Assembly (NCBI GenBank): GCA_963811105.1
Contig: CAWEPZ010000011.1
Span: forward strand, 96,001-160,000
Origin: Candidatus Bathyarchaeota archaeon
Lineage (GTDB): Archaea > Thermoproteota > Bathyarchaeia > Bathyarchaeales > Bathycorpusculaceae
Length of the DNA: 64,000 bases
Reading direction: 5' to 3'
Under the pieces are notes generated by a model that was not told where the DNA came from, ran no database searches, and saw only the letters and a list, made by a program, of their open reading frames with translations. The translations under genes were made by a program, and so were the position numbers. Positions 21,978 through 32,001 of this stretch are shown piece by piece (within the stretch, counting starts at the first letter, position 1; each line of letters begins with the position of its first letter).

Positions 21978-22181
21978 TTAGCTTGTATATTCCTGTTCAG
22001 GTGTTGGCACAAATACGAGTAGTTCTTTCTGAATAAGTAATTTTGGTTGTGGTATTGTTGTTTTTCTTTGGGATCCTGTCCAGCAAAGGCTCCAACCAAT
22101 GTACCAGAGAAAGACAGCTATTGGAAATAACAAGATGCGTGTTCTTCTTCTCCAACGTCGAGAATGGAACGTAAATTGCAT
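21978..22181 (-). CDS. Small membrane protein
   Basis: Arg-rich N-terminus followed by hydrophobic LLFPIAVFLWYIGWSLCWTG. Confidence 0.4.
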   Translation of the reverse strand: MQFTFHSRRWRRRTRILLFPIAVFLWYIGWSLCWTGSQRKTTIPQPKLLIQKELLVFVPTPEQEYTS

Positions 22182-22419
22182 TTTTATTCATACCTCATAA
22201 GGTACAACGGTTTTTCTGCCTCTTTTCGCCATTTTTGCCGAGAAATGTACTTTGCGTTATTGATGTCCATAGCCATTCTCGATGTTTCTGGCCGTAATTC
22301 TTCTTGAAGGTTCAAGTAGAGTTCAGTGTCGTTTACGAGTTTTTCATATTTATTGGTTTGAGAACTCGTATTTTCACCTCCGGTGGAAGTAAACTGGGCT
22401 TTCCGTAGACGCTTTTCTC

Positions 22420-22617
22420 TGTTGCATTTCGGAAAGAGTTTTTGAGGCTTTTTCCATGGAAATACCTTCAAGCTGGCGAATCTTGCTTTTCCGGAGAGAT
22501 GATCAGCTAGCGAGAATGAATTGTTTTAAGCACGATTCGCCTCTTGTTATAAACATTTGAATTAGAATTAACATATTAATACTATGAATTTGAAATTCAT
22601 GTTTTCAGCTAACCATG
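22420..22617. repeat. Dispersed ~190-bp element, copy 2
   Basis: Stem 22475-22488 pairs with 22528-22541; perfect palindrome ATGAATTT-G-AAATTCAT at 22584-22600. Confidence 0.8.
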
Positions 22618-22722
22618 AGGCGCGTGGAATCTGTGGATTTTCTGGAACTTTCCGTGAAATGTTTTGTAAGAGAGTTTGTTTCTCAGATTAATATATTATC
22701 TGATTGTGGAGTCCGTGTGATT

Positions 22723-22851
22723 ATGGGTGAGCAAGTGAAGGTCGGTCTGCGTGGGCAGGTAGTTATCCCCAAAAAACTTCGGAACAAAACGAAAAAGATG
22801 AAAAATTGCAGGCAAGCCTCTCAAGGAAAGGAGCTATCTGAAGATGGTTAG
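22723..22851 (+). pseudogene. Truncated AbrB/MazE-type antitoxin fragment
   Basis: MGEQVKVGLRGQVVIPKKLRNK is an AbrB N-terminus; similarity then stops. Confidence 0.55.
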
Positions 22852-23092
22852 AAAAGACGGCGCTGAAGCGAGAAAGGAACGGATTGCAAAAATTGCAACT
22901 AATGTACAATCCGCTCTTTATCTAAACAAAGATTTGGGGTATATTTCTCTGAAGAAAACCGTCGCGAAGCAGGAACTGGAAACTGGGCTTACCAGAGAGA
23001 AAATAATGGAGTACCTTGCTCTCCTAGTAGAAGCGGATCAATTCGAAATAGACCATGAGAAAGACCAGATTAGGAAACTTTCGAGTGTATGA
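22844..23092 (+). CDS. Small winged-helix-like protein
   Basis: 82 aa; ETGLTREKIMEYLALLVEADQFEID helix-turn-helix-wing pattern. Confidence 0.6.
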   Translation: MVRKDGAEARKERIAKIATNVQSALYLNKDLGYISLKKTVAKQELETGLTREKIMEYLALLVEADQFEIDHEKDQIRKLSSV

Positions 23093-23373
23093 GTGTGTTG
23101 TTATGAGTGTAAATACTGTCGTATCAAGAAGAGATTCATTTTGCAGCAACCCAAAAAAGATGCAAATCAACAGCTCACAGACAAATACTATTATTTTGAA
23201 AAAACGAAGTTTTCTTTAGCTGAAAAGGATGAGAGTGCATATATGAGTATGAGTGTATGGAGTGAAAAGAAGAAAGAAGAAAAAAGAAAAAAGAAAACCC
23301 AGTATACATTCACACACAAACACACTCACACAAAACAGACTCCTCTCGGGTCAAGGCTCGGGTGTCAACGAAT

Positions 23374-23778
23374 TTATTTGGCCTGAAGGGTCGTGGATTT
23401 TTTTGTAAGATCCGCATACTTCTCCCTCCATTCTAACAATTCAGCCTCAAACCCACGATAATCGACGTATTGCGCTATGAGCTCCTGGTACACCTTCACG
23501 CCCTGGATGATGATGCGTAAACGCAAAACATCCGTCTTATCCAAATTCTGCGTTTCAAGCACTTTCAAGGCTGCAGCTAAAGTCTTGAGTCCTTCCTCAA
23601 TTGAAGGCAACTCAGGGGGCAAAACTAACTTATCAAAGGTAGATGATGATGGCGTGTTTTTTTCACTCCCATCATCATCTTCTAAGCCTAAGCGAGATGC
23701 TTTCATTTGTACAGAAGTGAGGCTTTTGCCCAGAAACTTTGCAATTGAACGCTTAGACTTTTTTTCTGTTAACAGTTC
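23374..23778 (-). pseudogene. HTH/helical protein truncated at its 5' end by the IS91-like element
   Basis: ELLTEKKSKRSIAKFLGKSLTSVQMKASRLGL HTH; the track's N-terminal 33 aa lie in IS end sequence. Confidence 0.5.
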
Positions 23779-23890
23779 AAATGCAACAGCCTCTCCGACT
23801 ACAATTCCTAGACAAGTATCTCCTTCTCCTCCAATTGCTGAAACGCCGACTATAACAAGAAAGCGCCTTCGGCGCAAATTAAACTAAACA

Positions 23891-24991
23891 CTACAAATCA
23901 AAATCCTCATCTTCGTCTCCATAAGGCCTGTATGCTGACACAAAATCCATGATTTGGCCGCATTTTGGGCACTTAACTACCTCTCTTTTAGTCTGAACAA
24001 CAGGTTTCTCCCTGCTCAGAGAGGTGAGCATTTTCTGGAGCTTAGCACTCGTCCGCCTAGAATACAAACCATAATACCGAATCAACTTAAGGTTCTTATC
24101 CGCAATAAGCTTAACCAAACGATCAATAAACTCCAAAGCCCCAAGCGCAACAAACCTCTTAACCCCATCCTCCACAAACCAGTACGTAACCATGTTAGTC
24201 TCAACATTAAACTCTGAAATACGCGACTCAGCAATAGCCGGATGACGCAAATAACGACCAATATACCTAGCAATATTACGTGGCTTAGTCACTCTACGCT
24301 TCGCATAAACGTAAAACCCCTCCTTATGCTCCTTAAACAAACTATCAATAAGACAGCTATTCTCCCATGTCTTAGGCAACTCCCACTTAACCATCGTAAG
24401 CAGCTGATACTGCCAAATACGCCGCAGTGCCCCATACTCCAGAAAAGACACAGACACCCACTCACCCTTCTTGGTCAACCCGCCTTCAGTAGCTAAAACA
24501 TGCACATGCGGATTCAAATCCAAATTCTTCCCATAAGGATGAAGCACACATACAACTCCAGGCACCGCACCGTGCCTCTGCTTAATCATCTGCTGAACCG
24601 TGTTACTTACAGCGTCCATAAGCACCTTCAGAAGACTATGATTCGCATCCAAGATGCTTCTTAACTCTTCAGGAACAGTGAACACTATATGCCGATGGGA
24701 CACAGCATACAATGTCTGAGCAAGCTGGTCAGCCCACTGGTCAGCGTACTTCTTTCCACACTGCGGGCAGATACGACTCTTACAAGCAAGCGGAATAGTT
24801 TTGGTGGCGCCACAATCCGGGCACTTGTAAGTTAAAAAGCCATACTTTGGGTCTCGACAATGGAGCATCTTCTCCACTTCATCAATCTTGTACTGTGACA
24901 GGTTTGGGTTCATGGCCTTATACTGTTCCCAATTCTGTTCAATCCTAAAGACACTTTTAATGTGGACTTTGGTGGCCGCTGCCCTTTCTAT
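23891..24991 (-). CDS. IS91-family (Y2 HUH) transposase
   Basis: CPDC...CKSRICPQC Zn domain, NPHVHVL HUH motif, YIGRY two-tyrosine motif, IRYYGLYS, C-terminal CPKCG. Frame open 26 codons upstream of the ATG at 24913, to ATA at 24991. Confidence 0.9.
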   Translation of the reverse strand: MERAAATKVHIKSVFRIEQNWEQYKAMNPNLSQYKIDEVEKMLHCRDPKYGFLTYKCPDCGATKTIPLACKSRICPQCGKKYADQWADQLAQTLYAVSHRHIVFTVPEELRSILDANHSLLKVLMDAVSNTVQQMIKQRHGAVPGVVCVLHPYGKNLDLNPHVHVLATEGGLTKKGEWVSVSFLEYGALRRIWQYQLLTMVKWELPKTWENSCLIDSLFKEHKEGFYVYAKRRVTKPRNIARYIGRYLRHPAIAESRISEFNVETNMVTYWFVEDGVKRFVALGALEFIDRLVKLIADKNLKLIRYYGLYSRRTSAKLQKMLTSLSREKPVVQTKREVVKCPKCGQIMDFVSAYRPYGDEDEDFDL

Positions 24992-25280
24992 AGGTCAGCG
25001 GCCCAATTATATAAATTCGTTAACGACAAGAAACTAAATATTGAAAATGGAATAATATTAGAAATCGAAGAAAACAACTGAGGGCCTACTCCTAAAGCCC
25101 TGCAACCGTGTAGCAGAGTTGAAAGGAATTGGAAAAAATGTTTTCGGGGAATGTCTAATAGAAGAAGATGGCGTGTTTTTTTGCGTTTTGTAGAGGGCTT
25201 TGTTTTGGGTTGCTTTTTTAGTTTAGCGTTTGCAGCGTTTGTTGATTGCGTCAAGATAAGTCACAGCAAGTCGCCACCCG

Positions 25281-25316
25281 GCTAGGAAAGGTTGAACAGC
25301 TAGGAAAGGTTGAACA
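25281..25316. repeat. Perfect 18-bp tandem duplication GCTAGGAAAGGTTGAACA x2
   Basis: Directly visible. Confidence 0.9.
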
Positions 25317-25474
25317 AGCCACAAGTCAGCCTAGCTGCCGTATTTGAAGGTATAGTGGGTTTGTTTGTCTTGTTTATCCTGGTGCTTGATAAATCCAGTA
25401 AAGCCTGTTTGGCTCATACAGTCCCTGAATAGTTTTTGACGCTGACTTGGCGTTAGGTCTATAAAGATAAGGCG

Positions 25475-25824
25475 TAACTTCCTCGGCAGGTGCGAGAAAA
25501 ACTGGGGTTAGTTGACGGCGACGTGTTACATATTGAGGTAGTTGAAAGGGGCGTTGCAAGATTGAGTGCTGCACCAAGGAGCGGTGCTGCCAAACGAGCG
25601 CACCCGTTGAGGTTTTCAAGTAAGCAAAAGAATTCAAATTGTCTAAGGCTGAAATTTTCGATTGTGTCTTGGCTGTGACTGCTAAGGAGAACGATATAGA
25701 GACCATCAAAGTAGTCATTCCACAAAACATACGCAAGAAATTAGGCATAGGACCAAAAACCAAACTATTCATTTACGGCTATCAAGATGCAGCTAATATG
25801 AAAAACTTGAAGCCCCAAACATAA
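25475..25824 (+). pseudogene. Collapsed toxin-antitoxin debris: AbrB fragment, PIN C-terminus, second AbrB fragment
   Basis: LPRQVREKLGLVDGDVL (AbrB), IFDCVLAVTAKEN (PIN tail), VVIPQNIRKKLGIGPKTKL (AbrB). Confidence 0.6.
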
Positions 25825-25923
25825 CTAAAGAGCTATAGAACTTGTACAAACAAAAACATCCGATACTGGAACAATCCCGCCCTCGGGTAACATTATATTT
25901 TCATTTGGATGGCACATCATTAT

Positions 25924-26207
25924 TAACCGTAACTCGCTATTTTGACCCACAGAGTTAAAGAAGTGCTTTCCGATATACTTGTGTTGAAATTATTTGGGCA
26001 TTTAGAGCTTGATTTGGGCAGTTGGAATTATGTATAGCTTACAAAGATTCAAAGTTTGTAACCCATATGTAACCCATAGGCGAAACGAAATCATTTGACA
26101 ACGCGAATTCTCCAAATCAAAGCGTTACCCTCGATTAAGCCCTTTATAGAACCTCCCAAAAACATTTTCAGCAACGCCTATGGGTTACACTTGCGGAGTT
26201 ACGGTTA
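25924..26207. repeat. Nested inverted repeats with GTAAC core
   Basis: 12-bp IR 25924-25935/26196-26207; 15-bp IR 26068-26082/26175-26189; 11-bp tandem TGTAACCCATA x2 at 26057-26078. Confidence 0.8.
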
Positions 26208-26231
26208 TTAATAGAAAAAAACCCCCTTACT

Positions 26232-27206
26232 CTAATTAAGTTCATTCAGAAGATTGCTCAAAGTCTCAGTTTCGAGATTCGGATCTGTTATTATATGAAA
26301 GCCGTATGGAATCTCTTCTAGATTTTTTAGATTTCTGATAAATTTATTTAAATTGATAAATTTAATATGTTTTTGATTACCAATTAAACAATTGTTAAAG
26401 CATCTTCTGATGTAGATAGCATTACGATACCCTGACTTTTCAAGATAAACAAGTATGTCTAAAATTGCTTGTTTACCTATCTCTTTGTGAATTTCAATAA
26501 ATATTAAAGGCTTGAAATTCTGAATTGTTTTCTGCCAACCTTTACTAATCAACAATTCAGAACCCTCAACGTCCATCCTAAGAAAATCGACTTTAGCAAG
26601 AGATAGACAAGATACTAAACTATCTAATGTTAGAGTTGGCACTTTGATTGTATTCAGACTAGCGGTATTCACTGATTGTATTTGACTAAGATTGCTTCTT
26701 TTTTTAATTTCAAAAAAGCATTCCCCATTTACATCGGAGATTGCTATATTCTTCATACAATAACTAAGGTGATTAGCTTCCAAATTCTTTCTCAAATACG
26801 GAATTGTTTTAGGGGATGGCTCGACGACTATTAATTTCCCGTCTTTTCCTATAGCCTTGCCTTCTATCAAGGCATAAAAACCAAGATTTGAACCGATATC
26901 GATACAGGTCATACTTTTTTTAATCATTTTAGTGATAATAGCTGCAGAAAGTGGTTCATGATTGCCAAACACTCGTAGTTCAGCAGATATACCATAATCT
27001 CCTGGTATAGTATGTACGCTAAAATTGTTAATACTCAATGGCTTGGCAGTACCAAAACCACGAATCGCGATTACAGACCAGAAATATATTTCAACAATTA
27101 ATCCTCTAACAGTGGAAATAACGCCATTCTTTGAACAAAAAGAAAAATAATTGCGAAAATGGGACCAAAAATCAAAGGCTGACAACTGGTATTCCTTAAT
27201 TTTCAA
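26232..27206 (-). CDS. FkbM-family SAM methyltransferase
   Basis: IDIGSNLGFYA, VEPSP, LRMDVEGSE, IFIEIH. Confidence 0.9.
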   Translation of the reverse strand: MKIKEYQLSAFDFWSHFRNYFSFCSKNGVISTVRGLIVEIYFWSVIAIRGFGTAKPLSINNFSVHTIPGDYGISAELRVFGNHEPLSAAIITKMIKKSMTCIDIGSNLGFYALIEGKAIGKDGKLIVVEPSPKTIPYLRKNLEANHLSYCMKNIAISDVNGECFFEIKKRSNLSQIQSVNTASLNTIKVPTLTLDSLVSCLSLAKVDFLRMDVEGSELLISKGWQKTIQNFKPLIFIEIHKEIGKQAILDILVYLEKSGYRNAIYIRRCFNNCLIGNQKHIKFINLNKFIRNLKNLEEIPYGFHIITDPNLETETLSNLLNELN

Positions 27207-27359
27207 TTTTTACAGGACCTTTCGAGAGATTATTTTAAGTTCGATCTCATAAAAATGTTTGGGCAATAAATAGGAATTCATTGGAGAAAAATATAGTTAA
27301 ATTATTTTGTGAGTGATTTGATGACTCAGAGCATAAAAGGTTTGACGCTTGATCATTTG

Positions 27360-29162
27360 TTACTTTACCTCGGGATAAAATACCTTGTTATTCCCATTAT
27401 TGTAGACTAGGTTCGAATTTGCATATAATTTTTCTTCTACACGTATCCAGTTATGACTGGATGGCGATATTCCAAAAAGGTTTTCCATTACCGCATACAT
27501 TCTGGGTGTCCATAAATAAACAGTTTGGCTTCCAGAAGTGAGAAAAGAGGTTGCGACATAATCGATTCTACTGAAAGCGCTACTTTCATTTGCTCCAACA
27601 TTTATGTAGGTTTCTTCCCGTTCGTTAACGTAAAAAGCATTAGGGAAATAGTATAAGTTTAGCCCATAATTATCTTGAACTGAAGAAAAAAGCGTTAAGC
27701 CATTCCCATATGGATATGAAGCAAATACAAATGAAAAAGCTTGTTGGCTTGAAGTTGGGTCAATGACTTGATCCTCTGCCTTGTGATTAATTAAGAAAGT
27801 TGGAAACGATAGTATCAAGATGACTATAATCAATATTGTTAGTGATATTTTTCGTTTCCTACCTGAAAAGGAAATGAAGACGCCAATCATCAAGGGAATT
27901 GAGAAAAATGGCACGTAAATCATTAACCTATAAATCAATTGAAAACCTCCAAGCAACCCAAATCCACCTATAATTCCTCCTAACAGAGCAGTTATTAGAC
28001 CACCTGTTAACCAAGCGTTTTCTAATGTCATCGGAAAATGAAACAGACCTTTTAGAATTTTTTTCGAAGAAACAATTAATGCAAACAGAATAGCTAACAC
28101 AACCCAGAAAAGTTGGGTGAATGTTCCCCATAAAGGAGTGGATTGCAGGCCAGTTGAAGCAATACGAATTGGGTTGAACAGAGTAGATAAAAAGGCAGAT
28201 GCTGGATTATTTAACAAGTTTTGAATTTGATTAGTAAATAAACCGATAAACACACTTAATTGTGAAAAGCTGATATAAATATTTAGCATAAGAAAAATAG
28301 TTCCAAATAATAATAAAACACGTGTTGGTCTACGCCTTAGAAGCGTGAAGACAAAAATGAACAATAAAAACAAGGCAGAAGCAGGAAAATACGTTAACGT
28401 TAAAACCGAAAATACCATTCCGATAAGTAATAACCATCTTGTTGAGGCCATTTGTTTAGAGCTAACAAAGAACAATAAGATAGCAAATAGGGGGAAACTA
28501 AACACGCCGCCCCATAATAATGAAAGATCAGCTGAAAGAGTCTGGTTTGCAGTTATTAATAATATAACGCATAACCATGCGCAACCCCAATTATTTGAGA
28601 TCTTCTTAAATGCAAGGAGCATGAATAAACCAAAAATAGAAGAGAAGAGTAGCAAAAGAAGAGTTTGCGAAACAAACAAATCGGTACCCAAGACAAGACA
28701 AATAGGACCAAGTAGAACGTTAAGAGCTGGATACCCGCGATAAAAAAAATTGTTATTTAGAAAGCCAAGGTGTCCTGTCTGCAATAAAGAGTGCGTTTCG
28801 CTAACTGTATATTGGTTATAGGTGTTCCCACCAGTAAATTTTGTCCAAAATCCCAAAAAAACTAAAGCATAAATGCAAACACTAAGGGCGTACAGCACAG
28901 GATTCGAGTATTTCTTTCCCAAAAAAGCGGTAAGGAAAATAAAGATGATCCAGCAAGCAAATAACATTAAAAATAATGTTAAGTAAGGTATTAAGGCTAA
29001 CGATGAAATTGAATTAGTATTATCTGCTATTTTGTTTACAGGAAAAAGAAAGATTGCTACTGTCAAAATAACAAGTGTAATTACCACAATGCTACTTATG
29101 AATAAACGAGTGAAACAAATATGCCCTGTTTTAGATTTTGGGGGTTCTATCTCGCCTATCAT
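27360..29162 (-). CDS. Polytopic membrane protein (polymerase/GT-C-like)
   Basis: 600 aa, more than 12 TM, YRGYP loop, C-terminal NLVYNNG; lies within the glycan cluster. Confidence 0.6.
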   Translation of the reverse strand: MIGEIEPPKSKTGHICFTRLFISSIVVITLVILTVAIFLFPVNKIADNTNSISSLALIPYLTLFLMLFACWIIFIFLTAFLGKKYSNPVLYALSVCIYALVFLGFWTKFTGGNTYNQYTVSETHSLLQTGHLGFLNNNFFYRGYPALNVLLGPICLVLGTDLFVSQTLLLLLFSSIFGLFMLLAFKKISNNWGCAWLCVILLITANQTLSADLSLLWGGVFSFPLFAILLFFVSSKQMASTRWLLLIGMVFSVLTLTYFPASALFLLFIFVFTLLRRRPTRVLLLFGTIFLMLNIYISFSQLSVFIGLFTNQIQNLLNNPASAFLSTLFNPIRIASTGLQSTPLWGTFTQLFWVVLAILFALIVSSKKILKGLFHFPMTLENAWLTGGLITALLGGIIGGFGLLGGFQLIYRLMIYVPFFSIPLMIGVFISFSGRKRKISLTILIIVILILSFPTFLINHKAEDQVIDPTSSQQAFSFVFASYPYGNGLTLFSSVQDNYGLNLYYFPNAFYVNEREETYINVGANESSAFSRIDYVATSFLTSGSQTVYLWTPRMYAVMENLFGISPSSHNWIRVEEKLYANSNLVYNNGNNKVFYPEVK

Positions 29163-29171
29163 TAAGTTATC

Positions 29172-30248
29172 CTATATAATTTCCGAAAAAAGGCTGTAAT
29201 TATTTTTCATTACAGGCAACTCTTTTAAATTGATAGCTTTTCCTTCATTTAGGCTAATCTTTGCCGCTTCTGAAACAGCAACATTTCGTAAAGCGTCAAC
29301 CAAAGTTACCGGTGGCTTCCTGTTTTCTGTTATACTTTTTATAAAGTCATGAATAAGAGGCGCGTGATTGCCATAGCCTCCCTTGAAAATAACACCCGTC
29401 CTAATATTTCTAAAATTTGTTCTAGTAATCCCAACATGTTCTTTCAATTGATGATAAGGCGTTACAGTTCCATGGCGCTCAACAAGCTGACTAAGATTTA
29501 CGTTAAGCAAGATATCACCTGCAGAACCCATTATCCCTACCTCAAATTTAGTACTTCCAGCAAGCCATGACATGCTGATTGTAGACGTTGAACCGTTTTC
29601 ATAAGCAATTATCATGTGAAGATGCGTTACACACCTAGCTTTCCCCAATGCACCACTAAAACAAAAAACGGTTTTAGGATTGCTCGACATAAACCAGTTT
29701 GTCATGTCGACTGAATGAGGACCATAGTCATCTAGAATGCCCCAGTTTTCATAAACCCAAGCTTGTGTAGGCGAAACCGGGGGGGGCTGTACATGGGAGA
29801 TTGTGTTAATACCAAGTATCTTACCTAGCTTACCATCCACCACTTGTTTTTTTGTAGCCAAACATGCAGGATAATATCTGTAATTCTGAACTAAGCATAC
29901 TTTGCGATCGACTTTTTTGCTTGCTCTAGCTATTTCAAAAGCATCGCTTAAATCAAGCGTGAATGGTTTTTCAACAAGAACGTGCTTTCTAGCTTCTAAA
30001 GCGCTTAATACCGCTTTGGTATGCATTTGGGGAGGAAGGCAAATGATAACTAAATCGATATCTTCATCAAACATTTTGTTGTAATCATTGAATAGTTTAA
30101 CTTCGAGGTGTAATTTCTTTTTAGCTTGATCGAGACTCGCTTGGTTTATGTCAGCCACAGCCACTATTTTTGCTTCTTCTATGGTTTTTATCGCGGGTAT
30201 ATGAGCATTAGTCGCGATGTGTCCAAGTCCTATAATGCCAATATTCAT
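29172..30248 (-). CDS. Gfo/Idh/MocA-family oxidoreductase
   Basis: GIIGLGHIA, KHVLVEKP, GILDDYGPHSVD. Confidence 0.9.
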   Translation of the reverse strand: MNIGIIGLGHIATNAHIPAIKTIEEAKIVAVADINQASLDQAKKKLHLEVKLFNDYNKMFDEDIDLVIICLPPQMHTKAVLSALEARKHVLVEKPFTLDLSDAFEIARASKKVDRKVCLVQNYRYYPACLATKKQVVDGKLGKILGINTISHVQPPPVSPTQAWVYENWGILDDYGPHSVDMTNWFMSSNPKTVFCFSGALGKARCVTHLHMIIAYENGSTSTISMSWLAGSTKFEVGIMGSAGDILLNVNLSQLVERHGTVTPYHQLKEHVGITRTNFRNIRTGVIFKGGYGNHAPLIHDFIKSITENRKPPVTLVDALRNVAVSEAAKISLNEGKAINLKELPVMKNNYSLFSEII

Positions 30249-30263
30249 GCAATTTACCTTTTT

Positions 30264-31147
30264 CTATGCTTTTTTCCTTGATCGACTTGCCATAACGGTG
30301 CCGAGCTGGAGGACGAAGCTTTCCATTGACCCAAAGTGTGAATCAACTTTAGGATTAAGAACGTCACCGCTTAAAGTATAGTTCATTGAGCCTATCTTTT
30401 CTTTCTGACACATCTTTATGTGCTTAACAAAAAAGGGGTGAAAACCCAATATTTTGGCACATAAACTGTCGCAAGACACAGGATCTTTTGATGAAAGTAT
30501 AATGCCAGCATTAATAGGGATTCCGTAACCAGGGCCTTGAGCGCCAGTAAGAGCGATTATACCGTCTACAATTGATAGGTTTGGTTTGAAATAATTATTA
30601 GCTTGCACAATCGCTTCATCTAGATTTTTATGATACCTTACTTTTCGCTGATACGGAATGCATCCGAACTGATTCTTTAACACACACGATATTTTAGTTA
30701 TTGAGTGAGTCTTTAATTTGGACAAAGAAATAAAGTAGCTGTCATTATAGATATCTGGAATTTTTTGCCCCTTCAGAATTCCTTTTTCTATCGTTTTTGT
30801 CGCATCAGTTGTGCTTAGGTTCACAAAGCGTGCATTCCATTTTGCAAGAATTTCCGTAAAACCGAACCACTCAATAAAAGGTCAGGTAGCGAAGCTGTCG
30901 CATTGCTTTCAACTATCGCTATTTCGCCTTTATACTCAAGATTTGTTCTAAGCCAATTCAGGAATGCGTCTAAGAAAAGCGGGTGGGTAATAGCACCTGT
31001 TTCAGGTCCTCTTAACCCACAAAGATTTATTTTAACTAAAATACGTTTGGAATCTATCTTATCAAGGTGAACGAGGCCCATTAGTCTGTCTATGCTTTGG
31101 CTCATGCCGTCATAGTCGGCTTGTTTAACAATAGCTACTTTGCTCAT
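30264..31147 (-). pseudogene. DUF362 protein, frameshifted
   Basis: LVKINLC...THP...IVES, then KLKTH...LKNQFG...IVDGIIA...DPVSCD, in two frames. Confidence 0.8.
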
Positions 31148-31240
31148 GATTTCACAATGCAGAGTATTGAGCGAAGTGTGTGTATCCTAAATACTTTTGG
31201 ATCGAACTTATTTAACATTTGATCGTTCGCCATTTGCTTC

Positions 31241-31987
31241 CTAAAGAAAGATAACGCCAATACCATATCCACCTTCGCCCCAGTCTTTAACTAAATCCCT
31301 GTGCGCATATTTTTGCTTGATCTCGCTCCAGAACCTTGGTGCCCCCCCAACGACTTCTACATTGCCGGGAACAATGTCATGAAAAGCCATAATACCATTT
31401 TCTTTCACTAATTGGCTATATATGCAGAAGTCATTTCTCAGTCCTTCATAGGTGTGATCACCGTCAACAAAAATGAAATCAAGTTTCTCATTTCCAAGAA
31501 TTCTTTTCACTTCATCTAATGCCTCTGCCAAGTGAGAGTTCTGCCTTATTAGATGTATGTTTTGTCGGTTTGTGGCAAATGATTCATACAAAGGAGCACA
31601 TGCTTGGGGATAGCCACCACCAAATTTTCCACCAGGAAGATCTATACTAATAATAGTTGCATCATCACTTGCAATCTTAGCGAATAGGGACAGGGTTCCA
31701 CCACCAGCGGTTCCAATTTCCAGAAGTCTCCTTGGTTTGCGCTTTTCCATAATCTTCAGCAACGTTGCAATTTCTTCCTTTATCTGGGATGAACGGATAA
31801 AGAAGCCACTGACCCCAAAAGTTAGTTTTAGGTAATCATCCACTGTTTTACAATTAGAGCTTTTTCTTTTAATAAGAAGCGATCCAAATGTAGTGATTAA
31901 AGTAAAACCAAGAAGAAATAGACGTAGCAATCGGACGAATTTAAATGAAAATGATTGACTATTAATCGACAAAAGTTTTTTGGTCAA
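31241..31987 (-). CDS. Class I SAM methyltransferase (Methyltransf_24-like)
   Basis: LEIGTAGGGT, DFIFVDGDHTYEG, AFHDI. Confidence 0.88.
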   Translation of the reverse strand: MTKKLLSINSQSFSFKFVRLLRLFLLGFTLITTFGSLLIKRKSSNCKTVDDYLKLTFGVSGFFIRSSQIKEEIATLLKIMEKRKPRRLLEIGTAGGGTLSLFAKIASDDATIISIDLPGGKFGGGYPQACAPLYESFATNRQNIHLIRQNSHLAEALDEVKRILGNEKLDFIFVDGDHTYEGLRNDFCIYSQLVKENGIMAFHDIVPGNVEVVGGAPRFWSEIKQKYAHRDLVKDWGEGGYGIGVIFL

Positions 31988-32001
31988 AGTTCTATTTCAG
32001 A

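Larger units (their letters stand above)
23773..25320 (-). mobile_element. IS91-family rolling-circle insertion element (ends approximate)
   Basis: Y2 transposase; downstream hairpin 23863-23875 and oriIS-like GCATTTGAACTG (23773-23784, minus strand). Confidence 0.65.

Noticed and set aside
23093-23386. 97-aa ORF MCCYECKYC...
   Set aside because: Translates low-complexity repeat and A-tract DNA; more likely non-coding.
23477-24496. Plus-strand ORFs over the transposase and HTH gene
   Set aside because: Antisense shadows of well-supported minus-strand genes.
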